Shown one piece after another: positions 49,809 to 61,086 of a stretch of 64,000 nucleotides of DNA. Numbering within the stretch: position 1 is the first letter of the stretch; every line of letters starts with the position of its first letter. This DNA is from Yuukianura sp. NJ FZ-2021 (lineage: Eukaryota), in the NCBI GenBank assembly GCA_046563655.1, contig CM102290.1, positions 7,502,001 to 7,566,000 on the forward strand. Reading direction: 5' to 3'. The position numbers and the translations under genes are program-made. The notes beneath the pieces are model-generated. The model was not told the origin of the DNA. It did no database searches and was given only the letters and a program-made list of their open reading frames with translations.

Positions 49809-52800
49809 TTATTTTTTCTGCACTATCATCCTTTGTCTCTCAAGCTATGTGAGCCCTGAATCTCACAACAGACAGACAGACAGACAGACAGACAAGGCCA
49901 ATGCATAAAGTAGCTTCGCTACTTAATAAACTAAATTTGCAGAAGCTCCAACTATACAAAATTTATAAGCCCAAATTGCTCCTGCACAAATTATCGTTCC
50001 ATTGTTCCTTCAAAACTTTTCTCCCGTTTACTTGCAGATCTCAAAAACACATTAGTCATGTCCACCATGCCAACTTTCATATGAAGTTTTATTGTGACTG
50101 GCCACTCCCAAATTTCATTTCTAGGAAAAGCAGGTGCTAACTGGAAAGTATTACAAAACAACCAACAAAAAATGTTTTATGAAACGAAGAATTCCAAACG
50201 CATTTCCTTTCTTCTCATAAACAGATGCTAAAGCCTTTCATCAAAATTATTAAAATGCAAAGATGACATACATGCAAAACTAACCCCGTTAAAAGCTACG
50301 TTCATAATTTCATTTAAAATTAGTAATTTTGAACCAAGATTATGAAAGTGGATATTTCCTACCAAAAGTTTGTCAAAACCTTTGCAAAAAAAAAAACGCC
50401 AGTTCCAAAAAAAAATGCAAAAAGTTATGTATGGCTTTTTTAGGAGTATACTGAAACTACAGGTGGTCAAATTTATTAGGCTGTGCAAATTTGCGAAAAG
50501 TTCACGCTAAGGTCATTCTCATATTCCGTGTCTCATGGTGTGACAAGTCAGTTTTTTTTTGCAAAAAAATGGCCAAAAAGTATATAAAACAAAAAACCTC
50601 CATTGTCACATTTGTCATGCATGTGTCACATCACATCCATCACAAACAGAAAAAAGAAACGAAATCAAAATGCTACTCAAGTTTCTTATTGAAATCCCAA
50701 TTTAAAAAAAAGTGACTAGAATTGGAAAGTTGCTGCAAAAATGTCTTTCTAACTGAACATTAGCTTTAGGAGTACCAAAATTGCAGCATCCAAATCTCCA
50801 ATTGTTCAATTTCTCATATCACATCTTACATCCTAAGTCCTCAATTCCCTTTTATGGACTACTGACGCCTTTCACAACGACTTAACAATGACTCCTAACT
50901 CAAATCAACTTCTTTGCTCAATCTGACACATAGTGTCCATCATTTTCAAAGTACTCAGAGGGAAACCATTTTGAATTGGGGATTTAATTTACAAAATCAA
51001 CTTATTACTCAAGACTAGGCTCAGAGCAAGGCGAAGTTCTGTCAAGAGATTTACTCAAAACCAAAATCATAACTGAAACGCCCAGAAGTACGATTCGACA
51101 TAAACAATGCCAAATTTCTCAGAAACCTTTGACCTCAATAATTGTTCTGACTTTAAGGTTTGACCTCATCAAATCCACCTTTGACCTCAATATGTCGAAG
51201 ATTCCAAATAAAACTTACGCTAAGCCTAGTCCTAGTCCTACTTTTGAAGTGACTAAAGACTTGATTTGTGCTCAATTGACATCATTGACGGCGTGTCTCC
51301 ATTCTTCGGCATTGTTTCACTAAAAAGTAGTTTTATGGTACAGGAACAATGGGATGAGAACTAAAAAATTTGATGAAGGGAATAAATTTGTGTATGTTTT
51401 AAGAAAGTGCCTGTGTCATCGGGAAAGAATGGTGACATGACTGGGTTCAGCCTCAGAATTTTTATGAGACAACCCAAATCCAACTGGCAAAATCCCTAGG
51501 TACACACAACTATAAGTCACAGCAGTTCTAAGGTTTCTGTCGTCAACCAAAAAATTCGAAACCTAAATCAACCAGTACTACTGTAAGACAGCATCATCCG
51601 AAAGTCCAAGTGACTCACACCCCCTTAACGCTCTACTTTCTTCACCACATCTGTCTAAAAGCTTCAAGCATTTTCCTGCTTCTGTAACTCTAGCCCTTAA
51701 GCCCCCCATTTTCAACAAAACTAGTCTAACAAACTTCTGCAGTTAATGACTCATGGAAAATTTCCCAAAAACTAAAAACGAAAGAACAAAATTTGAGCGG
51801 GCGCCCCTTATTCTGCATCAATACAAAACCAACCAACGAATATAACATAGTAATTGCGAAGCATTTTGGCAAAAAGTATCTTCAAAGTGCATCTCTGTGC
51901 CTTAGAGTACATGACATCATCTATCTTCGTCTTTGTGCTTCGTCAGTGAACATGCATACTGCGCCAAAAAGTAGGGTTCATGACCTCCAGTCACCCCCTC
52001 CCCCTGCTAGTACGTTCCACCCATTTAAGCTTCAAGTTATAATTGCCGGCAAGAATGAATGACTCATTGTTGCAAAAGAAAGAAATGTGGCTAAATTAGT
52101 GCAAAAATTCAGCACACTGCGCACGAATGAGGTTCGTATTGTACTTTTTCGCAACATTTTGGTAGAAAAAAAAATTTACCGGCACCACCCTCCACTTACT
52201 TTCTGACTAAAAGTGTAAGCCAAAAGATAATAAAATTCCGATAGTCCTTAAGAGCATATCCGGAACCGATTCTGCAAAGTTGTACTAAACTTTGAAGCAA
52301 ACACTTCTTACTTATGACCTTTGCAATTCTAATCGTTTGAGTGGTTTCAAAAAATTAATCTCAAAAAAGTATTCACTCGTAAAAACTTCTAATTTATCCA
52401 AACCTTTCAAGTACTTCAAACTGTATCAAAGTTACAAAAAAAATTTTGACCTGTTGAACTTGACTTGGTTCCAAGAAGTGTCGTAATTTCTAATCACTTA
52501 AGGTGACACATATTCCAGAAGCTTCGGTTTCAAAGTGCATGCCAAAATGCTGGATCATTACAATACAAAAGTCTAAAGCTCGGAAAAGTCTATAATACAG
52601 AATAAAAGTCTATAAAAGTCTGTAATACTATGAAGGAAATAACAAAGCATGCACCACTACCGGCCCCACCCAAAGTCATCCGGATTTGTCTTATCGTTTT
52701 AGCAGCTAACCAGCGCTAAAAAGCCATCACTGGACACACTTGCAGCATACTAAAAGTCACGTATTAGCAGCATTAGCAGCGTCACCCATACAAAATCTAA

Positions 52801-54343
52801 AGCTTTAGCTCAAATGAGGACGCACTCTAAAAGATATGACACATCCCTCCAAATGTCGACGTGTTTTACAAAGGAAGAACGAAGACCATAAACTTTAGTC
52901 ACGACTTTTATCCATTTTAAAAGTCCTCGAACTCTACTGTCTTTCTTAATTCAATTGTTCAATCTAAGTATTGTTTTCAAAGTGGCCTAAAAAGCTTCAC
53001 AAAAGACAAACTCAATTACACTTCAAAAATAAAAAGTCCCCTCCAACCAATCATGCATCATAACTCCTTCAACAAAAGTCAAATTAAAAATTCAGTTTTG
53101 AAAAGTTCGTTTTTGTGTATTCAAATAATTTCGAATTTGAACCACTAGTTAAACAATTTTGAAACGTAAACATGCTAGAGTTGTTGTTTTACACACTTGT
53201 TGATGTTAATTTTTAAAAGACTTAAAATTACAAGTGAGTCATTGTTTAAAATTGAAGTTCTAGGCGACCAAGGGACGCCGTGTTGTACGTGACTCCTTGT
53301 AGTTATTACGGCTTTTATGAAGGGGATGGACTTTGTGTACATTCATTATACAAAGATTATGGAAGATGCTGAATGAAAAATAATAATTTTTTCTTGCGTT
53401 AAGTCAAGCACATTGTTGTTCAGAAATGTTTAATAATAGGATATGTGAGATGCTCAAAATGTGGTTCCTGTCATGGAAGACCCATTTGTCAGAGGATAGC
53501 TTCATGTTTAATGGTTACTTTTTCTAAACTTGAAAAGTTGAATGTCAGCAGGGTCGTTAGTTGAAGCCATAAGAACATTTTGAAAATCAGGAAAACCTGC
53601 ATGGCGGTTCTTAACAAACCATAACTCTTCCAGGACTAAAACAGAATTTGGAAACTCCTTTTTCCGTTTGAACACATTTTCTAATTTTATGACCCTTGAC
53701 CTTAACATTGTAAAGACCTTGACAGTGACAGAGGGGCTTTAAAGTAATAATCCTCTGAAAACCGAAACTAATCATGGACCTAACCTCTGATTTGATCTAC
53801 ATGTTAACTCAAGCGGCGTAAAATACTTTTAGAGTTTACGTTACAGTTATTAGTTATTGGTGTGTGAAATTGAGCAGGTCATTCTCAAAGTACGTCATGC
53901 GTTAAAACTAGTTGAGATAAAATTACGAAATGTCACAAAAGTCGTAGCGTAACTTCCATACTTAACTGACTTCTTTGCGTCTGCCCCAAAGTGACAAATG
54001 ACTCATGTCCTAACAAATTTCTAAGCAAAAGGCTGCTGGGCCAGACCGGTTTACACACAAAAAAGTCGAAAGATGTGCAAGCGTTATAACTTCGCAGATT
54101 CTAGTCATAAGTTAATTATTATGCATATTAAGGATTGTTTATGAATTGCCTTAAACTTATTCCACGGACTGAACCGGTTAGCGGCAGCTTTCCAAAAAGT
54201 TTGCTTCCAGCAAATTCGCAGCCCCCAAAAATTTGTGCAATTTTTTGGCAAGGCGTCTCTACGAATCTCGTTTGCGCCGGTTAGGTTTTTAGTCCAACCG
54301 AATTTGAAACCAAAAATTGAATAAGAAAAGAGCAACCACTTAC

Positions 54344-54457
54344 GGTATTTGAAGAGTCTGAAATTGAAATTAATTGAGGGAGGGAAGGAATGTTATTGAT
54401 CCGATGAAGTGGTTGAGCGTCGGTGACTGTTCGACTGCAAGTGAAGACTGTGACTGA
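54344..54457 (-). promoter_or_regulatory. Inr+DPE core promoter and non-coding first exon, probably of the thymosin gene
   Basis: Minus-strand TCAGTC initiator (54457-54452, +1 at 54455), G at +24, AGTCA (RGWYV) at exactly +28 to +32, GTAAGT donor at 54343. A matching acceptor (47929-47930) lies just upstream of the thymosin ATG. Confidence 0.7.
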
Positions 54458-55443
54458 AGTGGAAGTTTAGGGAGTTGTCTTTTGAAACGAGAAATACGAA
54501 TAGGGTTGACATGGATCTTTTGTAGACACAGGGAGGCATAGGGTGTGTTAGGCTAGGGTGTCCATGGCCATCGTCGTCGCAATGGAGGCTACACTCAAAA
54601 TCCAACGGGGGGAAATTCAACTTTGGTAAAAACGAAGGGGGGATAGGGTTGGTTTGTGGTAGATTTCTGTTCCTGGATGCTGCATCACCAAAAACTTTTC
54701 ACCATAGTACTCGTCGTAAGTACCGCCACTCCCTGGCAACTAAACACACCCTCCGTCCATAAATATGTCGTATCAATTTTCACCTTAAAATCATTCACTC
54801 TGTATTTACAGGAACAGAAGACACAGGAGCAGTGACGCCATCCGACGCTTCTGTTCAAACCAATGACGACGCCGGAGAAAAGCTGATTCATTAGTATTTT
54901 CATTCGAAGTTGAAAAAGTTGCAGACGCAGTTAGATTTTAAAAATACTGAGTCAATAAATTTCCGTTTTAAAAGTTCAAGTGGGCACACAGTAATGATGT
55001 TATTGTGTTTGATTTAGGCAAAAACGCAATACATTCTCAGTAAATAATAAACTGATGAGTAATTGTCGATAATACAAGGGGTCGTTGATTGATAGTAATT
55101 AATCATATTTGACAAGAGCCGTAAATTTCCTAATTAGCTTAAACTGTGTGAAAAATTCTCAACTACGACATAAGTCCGGCTTATTTTGGTGCAGCAGATG
55201 AAGCAGCGGAGGATGCAACAGAAGATGCTGTTTGAATCAAGGATCTTTGAAGCTTTTCTGTAATCGTAAACTGTATAGGAAGGGGAGATTTGCCTCCGAA
55301 TCTCCCGAATTCTTCACAAATATTCTGGAACGAAGGTTAAGGGCATCATAGGGTGGGGTAAGTGCATGCCTCACCGCGGCGGTGAAAAGACAATAGAAAG
55401 GCTTGGTTTCAAGAAACCTCAGCCTCTTAACAAGCATCTCCAC

Positions 55444-56558
55444 TAGGGGTCGAAATTCGGATTTTGACTTCGGATTCAAATCCGAATTTTTGACGAATCC
55501 GAATAATTCGGAATTCGGATTTGACATCATGCGAATTCGGATTCAGACGAATTTGAGACTTAAATAGATGTAGGCGCGAATTTAAATTTTAAGGAGCCGA
55601 AAAGTGATCAAAACTTATCGAAGATCTCCACTAAAGTCTGAAAATCTAGAACGTCATTTTCGCAGTGATACTGGGACAAGCTTGTAGCTCATCTGGATTC
55701 AAAAACCAGGTGGAGTAGTTTGTTTTCAATGGTTGAACGATTTCTGTTTTTAAAAACTTCACTTCAGAAATCGCTAATCGACACGAACCTTGAAATTCCG
55801 TTTCAAGATTTTGAGTGGCGTGGATTGGAAGAACTAGTGGCAGCTCTGGGACCAGTGAAATTGACAGTTGAAGCGTTATGTCCGCGGGATGCTAATTTGC
55901 TTACCGCTGATTCTGCAATTAATTTTGCACTTCAACAACTGAATGAAAGGGATTCTGGAATCAGCCTGGAACTTGCCACTGCACTGAGTAACAGAATTCA
56001 AGAACCTCGCACAACACTTTCTGGCGTTTTGCATTAGATCTCAAAGCGTGCTCATCGATTCAACACAAAATCTGGCGAAAAGGACTTAAATGCAACAATT
56101 AAGAAGGAAATGACCATGTTCGAAAATGGTGGTAACCGGGGACTCCATTTGGAGCTCTGCTACAATTTCCTAAAAATTGTTCCACCAACAACAGTTGAAG
56201 CGGAAAGATCAATGTCGTCTGCCGGATATTTTTGAAACAAAATAGGATCACGCCTAAGCGATGACACTTTAGACAAACTCTGCTTTCTTCGTTCGTATTT
56301 TCAGGTTCTCTCATTTACTAAGAGTCGTAGTCATCACTACTGAGTTTCAATACTTTTTACTTTAGAAAAGAAGCTCAACATAAACGGGTAGTTAGTGTTC
56401 AATTATAAATAAAAGTGTTATTTTTTAATTTCTATTATGTAAGTGCGAATTTCTTTAGAAAAATGAAATCCGAATTTGAATTCGGATTTTGCCGAGATGA
56501 AATTCGGATAAATTCGGAATTCGGATTTGTGCAAAACCACGACGAATTTCGACCCCTA
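55444..56558 (+). mobile_element. Internally deleted hAT DNA transposon
   Basis: 16-bp perfect TIR TAGGGGTCGAAATTCG / CGAATTTCGACCCCTA; perfect 8-bp TSD ATCTCCAC (55436-55443, 56559-56566); subterminal ATTCGGA/TCCGAAT arrays. Confidence 0.95.
55590..56310 (+). pseudogene. hAT transposase C-terminal remnant; boundaries approximate
   Basis: DSKTRWSSLFSMVERFL motif and a dimerisation-domain-like VPPTTVEAERSMSSAG...SRLSDDTLDKLCFLRSYF, interrupted by stops; N-terminal part absent. Confidence 0.85.
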
Positions 56559-57769
56559 ATCTCCACAGATGCTCTGTTGGCCTCAACGTTGCAAAACTTT
56601 ATGTTCATCTTCTGTACAAAAAAAAATGAACAAAAACAAACAGAAACAAATAAATTCAGCAGTGAAATTTCTCTGGCATGCGTAGCTTTTAAATACAAAA
56701 TTAGACAACTTTAGAACAAAGTTAACAAGATGAAGCTTTGTAATGATACTCTAACTTTCCGCAGAGTGGATGATGTCTTGTTATTTGAAATTTTGCAGGA
56801 AAAAACTTGGACTGATGACCCGAGGAGTCACATGACGAAAATTTAGACGACTTTTCCCTAGTTTTTAGGCGGAAAAGTCAAAAGTCAAAAATTTGAGTGG
56901 TCGTATAACCCTCTCTTGGCCAAAGTTTCTAGAAGATCCATATTAAAACTGTAATAAAAATCAAGATGACATGACGATGACAGGTCATCTTTCGGCATAA
57001 CTTTTTGTGGACAGGACTGTTCATGAAACTTTTAATTAGAAGTCAAGTGGATGCGCAACTTGAGATTTACCCTTGAAAGCGTTCATTGCACGAAACTAAA
57101 CTTAAGCAAGGACATAGTAAAGTAAGCAGAGGATCCAGAGATTTTCATCTTATGTTGATGTTGAGAACTTTAAGCAAGAAAAATACCTATGTACTAGTTC
57201 ATATCCACTGAAAGTTTAACATGGGTTGGAGTGGCAGAAGAAACTTTTTAATCCGCAACGTAGTGCGATTTTGGCGCAATCCAAAACTGGAAAGTGAATA
57301 AACAATGGATGTGGGATCAAAAGTCTCTTCAAGTTTATTTGAGTTCTGCCAATGCCCAATCCGCCCCTCAACACTTACATCAATAAAATTATCCGTTATA
57401 ATTCAGTTACTCAAGCCCACAAGCTTTACACAAAACTTTTTTTTTTTATATATTTCAAAATTTCCTAAAACTTATAAAAAAAAATGAAGCAATTATTTTT
57501 TTTATAATGCAACTCACAGCAGTGTTGGAACCAATCATTGTAGCGTAGCGGAAAGACGAGACGCAGTTAAACTCGGGCTGCCCAACAACTGGAAACTTTT
57601 GGCTTCATGTCATGCCGGTGCTATTTAACTTCTGCACGGCAAATGCTAAGAAATTTCGCCCGATTGTTCTGATTTAAGCAGCAAACAAAATTGAACTTTA
57701 GATATTCACAGAGTATCAATTAAATTGAAAACATTTTATAAAAATAAATTCTTAAAAATAACATTTCAT

Positions 57770-59641
57770 TTACATCATTGCGGAAATTGAAACTTCTGGT
57801 TGCAGTAATACCATTACTTGGAATCCATTTTCCTCTGAAACATAAGATGCATAACTCCGATTGATTTCATAAAATTCCCCGTAACCGTTGTCATCTAAAA
57901 ATTTTGAAAATATTATAACTTGATCTTTTTTTTGAAATACAACGACATTCTTACCAGAATTTGTGGCCTGCGTTCTGCCAAAAATTTGTCTCAGGATCTG
58001 AATCCGACGGAATACTGTCCGATTGTCTTCTATCTGGTCCCATTTTGAACGAACCGAAGACCAACATCTTCTGGACGATTTGCAAAGAATTAGAAATCTA
58101 GACACACATTGAACAGGCATATATTAGGTTCTGAAAATTTTTAAATAGTTTTATTTCTTTTTTTGTACTGGTGAATTTTTTAAAGAATTTTACCCCTGAA
58201 TATTATTTTGAATGAAGAACTCAGCAGTTGAAATTTTACCCTGTTCGTCAAATATTTGAATTGTTTTTTCATGTTTTCTGCAAAACTTTAGTCCACATTG
58301 CATCCACTTTTCACGGTTCTCAGTTTTCATAATTCCAACGAGTTTAAATTCGGGTCGGTATTGGAATGTATAAATGAATTTTTTCGCCTAAAAGTAATCA
58401 ATAAAACCAATTATCAGTTTACAAAAAAAACTAATCAATATACTAAATCGATAATGTGACTAATAGGCACAAATTTTTTTAGAACTTACTCCATCCAAGT
58501 AAATTTCAATCGATGTTTGGGATTGTTGTGCAAGTAGAATCAAAATCGACTTTTGAATTGCTGGCAATACGTCAATTGAATCCGCAATAACGACGCCAGT
58601 AGAATGTAAAAGAAAACAACCATCGGCTCCTACGTCTTCAGCTAGCTGATGCAAGATGGCCTACAGGAAATCAAATATTAAATATTGAAATTAACAACTA
58701 AAAATTCACACAATTTCAAATCTAAGTGATAAATACACCTTACCCGGTCAAATAAATTAGATCCAACAAAAGCAGAATCCTGATACCCTGTTACGTCCAG
58801 AAAAATTTCTTTAGTGGGAGCAGAGAATCCTAAAACAAGGAAGTCAATGATCTCGTTGAGTGCTACCTACAAAACAGCAAACCTATTAATTACTTTCCAT
58901 AACGTTGTAATAGTTAAAACGTTGCTTCTGCTCTACAGTTAAACTCACATTTTTCTTCAACTGGTGCTTAAGTTCGCGAGCAGTATAAGATTCAGTTGTT
59001 CGACGATTAGTCAAAGTGGTAAGTGCGTACGTCTCACTAATCAGAGCCAAAACGTTCTTCATATGAAACTCACTACACGCTTGATCCAATTCTAAACCAA
59101 CCAGAAGCCATGTAACGCTTTAAAAAACAAATTATAGATATTAACCAATTATTATTTTTAGTGACAAAAGATCTGTTTTGTAAATACGGAAAAGTTGCCA
59201 TTACTCAATACACTCTGCCCAAATCAATCTTCGGTTTTTCCAGTGACAAGAGGTGACTACTGCTGATTTTCCACCGGCTTCCGACTCTCCCCATACCCTC
59301 GTAGCTTTGAGAGCCTACCTAACAGAAACAGTTCAACTATTTTATTAACTTCATTATAAACTTTCAAATAAGTATGAGTTTTTTATTTGTACGGTGGATA
59401 TTTCCAGCTAAGAGGAACAAACCAATTGCAGGCAGCTTACCATCAACGCGGTGTTTTCCATCTGAAACAGCAATATACTAGTAATGAGAGCTTTTAATCA
59501 GCAAAATATTCACTTAACTTTAATTCCAATTTACATCTAAACATGCGTTACTGCAAAATGACTTACCACCAAACTTCGGTCGCTTGCTTTCACCATGAGG
59601 ATCATTCCACTTTCACTGCAAAAACAGGTCACACATGCCAT
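57770..59641 (-). CDS. fuz: Divergent Fuzzy-like tri-longin protein (planar-polarity effector / CPLANE), ~376-396 aa
   Basis: Phase-consistent exons 59641-59567, 59461-59441, 59314-59205, 59117-58949, 58866-58744, 58660-58490, 58387-58194, 58097-57770 (possible extra 60-nt intron 57954-57895). CVTCFCSESGMILMVK, RLIWAECIDVTWLLV, RELKHQLK..IIDFL, LHQLAEDVGADGCFLL..GVVIA and IQGFLILCKSSRRC align in order with recalled FUZ longin-domain motifs. Confidence 0.72.
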
Positions 59642-59981
59642 TGTTCAACTTCTGACCTCCAACAACGCCAACACTTTTTCAAATAAATTCGCTGAGTTAA
59701 GAGTCAAATTACACTAAAATTATGTTTATGATTACATTTTTTAATTATTACCTAGTGTGATTGACGAACTTTCTCCAAGTACATAAGAAATTTAACAAAA
59801 ACTGGCAAAGTTTAGGTTGGTTGTTCCAGACGCCAGCTGAAACTTGAAATGTTTAGCGGAGGGATTTGATATACATGTCAAAGCAAATTTTTGTTTTGAA
59901 AAAGGTGCATTGTGTGACATGGGGGAAGAGATGGGAGAAATACAAGTGAGAAATTTTTTATTTTAGTGCCTCTCGGCACTC

Positions 59982-61086
59982 AAAGGCTACCGTAGTTCGC
60001 TTATGGGACAGACCGGACCCGTACGATTTGGCTGAAAATTTAACCACATGTTCTCGGCACCTATAGGAACAACTTTTGTACAGGGTCCAGATGGGGCGTC
60101 AAACGGTTTGACCCCCAGGGGTCACCAAAGGTCAAGGGGTCATCCTATGACAACCCCCCTTATATAAGGTGTCGTTGCAAAGGTATTGACCTCCTGATTC
60201 AGAAAATGTATGGGTATCAATACTTTGGTTCAAACGTTTAGCCGTAAGAGGTCACTGAAGGTCAACTATGAAAAAAGTTGCAAAGTACTAAAAAGTGATA
60301 ATCGTTTCATGACAACCGACAAAATGACTTATACATAAGTTGTTCCAATCAAAAAAATAAGCAACTTTTCCCTCTTGCATTTTTTTCTACGGCAAACAGC
60401 TGATGAGATACCGACCCAGGCCAAAACTGCTAAAAGTAGATTTCAGATAGGACTTTCGCGACGGTAAAAAGGAATCTGATTCTTTTTTACATTTGGACTT
60501 AAACGTCAGCATATTGTTTTAAAAAGTTAGTTTCTGCAACCATTTCCGTGTTCTGGGGGAATCTAGAGGCGTAGAACCGTTGTTCTTGTCCAATTTCCTT
60601 TTGCCGTCGCGAAAGTCCTATCCGAAATCTACTTTTAGCAGTTTTGGCCTGGGTCGGTATCTCATCAGCTGTTTGCCGTAGAAAAAAATGGAAGAGGGAA
60701 AAGTTGCTTATTTCTTTGATTGGAACAACTTATGTATAAGTCATTTTGTCGGTTGTCATGAAACGATTATCACTTTTTAGTACTTTGCAACTTTTTTCAT
60801 AGTTGACCTTCAGTGACCTCTTACGGCTAAACGTTTGAACCAAAGTATTGATACCCATACATTTTCTGAATCAGGAGGTCAATACCTTTGCAACGACACC
60901 TTACATAAGGGGGGTTGTCATAGGATGACCCCTTGACCTTTGGTGACCCCTGGGGGTCAAACCGTTTGACGCCCCATCTGGACCCTGTACAAAAGTTGTT
61001 CCTATAGGTGCCGAGAACACGTGGTTAAATTTTCAGCCAAATCGTACGGGTCCGGTCTGTCCCATAAGCGAACTACGGTAGCCTTT
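59982..61086. mobile_element. 1.1-kb foldback element / long palindrome (non-autonomous DNA transposon-like)
   Basis: Arms 59982-60474 and 60595-61086 are reverse complements with about 6-7 differences seen by eye; ~120-bp spacer; no ORF; no clean TSD. Confidence 0.85.

Larger units (their letters stand above)
49343..49867 (+). mobile_element. TRIM (miniature non-autonomous LTR retrotransposon) with tRNA-like Pol III cassettes in both LTRs
   Basis: LTRs 49343-49579 and 49631-49867 (237 bp each, identical by eye, TGTG...CACA ends). The 51-bp interior holds a PBS TGGTGCCCCG (49582-49591) and a purine-rich PPT (49618-49627). ACAG flanks both sides (4-bp TSD). Confidence 0.92.
49141..49927 (+). 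mobile_element. HINE/DINE-1-like (Helentron-associated) non-autonomous element interrupted by a TRIM; ends approximate
   Basis: Subterminal inverted repeat AAGTAGCGAAGC (49177-49188) / GCTTCGCTACTT (49913-49924); 3' hairpin AAGTAGC-TTC-GCTACTT (49908-49924); internal (ACAG)n tract split into 49328-49342 and 49868-49894. Confidence 0.55.

Noticed and set aside
57511..57630. Possible second upstream non-coding exon of thymosin (minus-strand GTGAGT donor, TATA-like TAAATA)
   Set aside because: TATA-Inr spacing is off and there is no other support.
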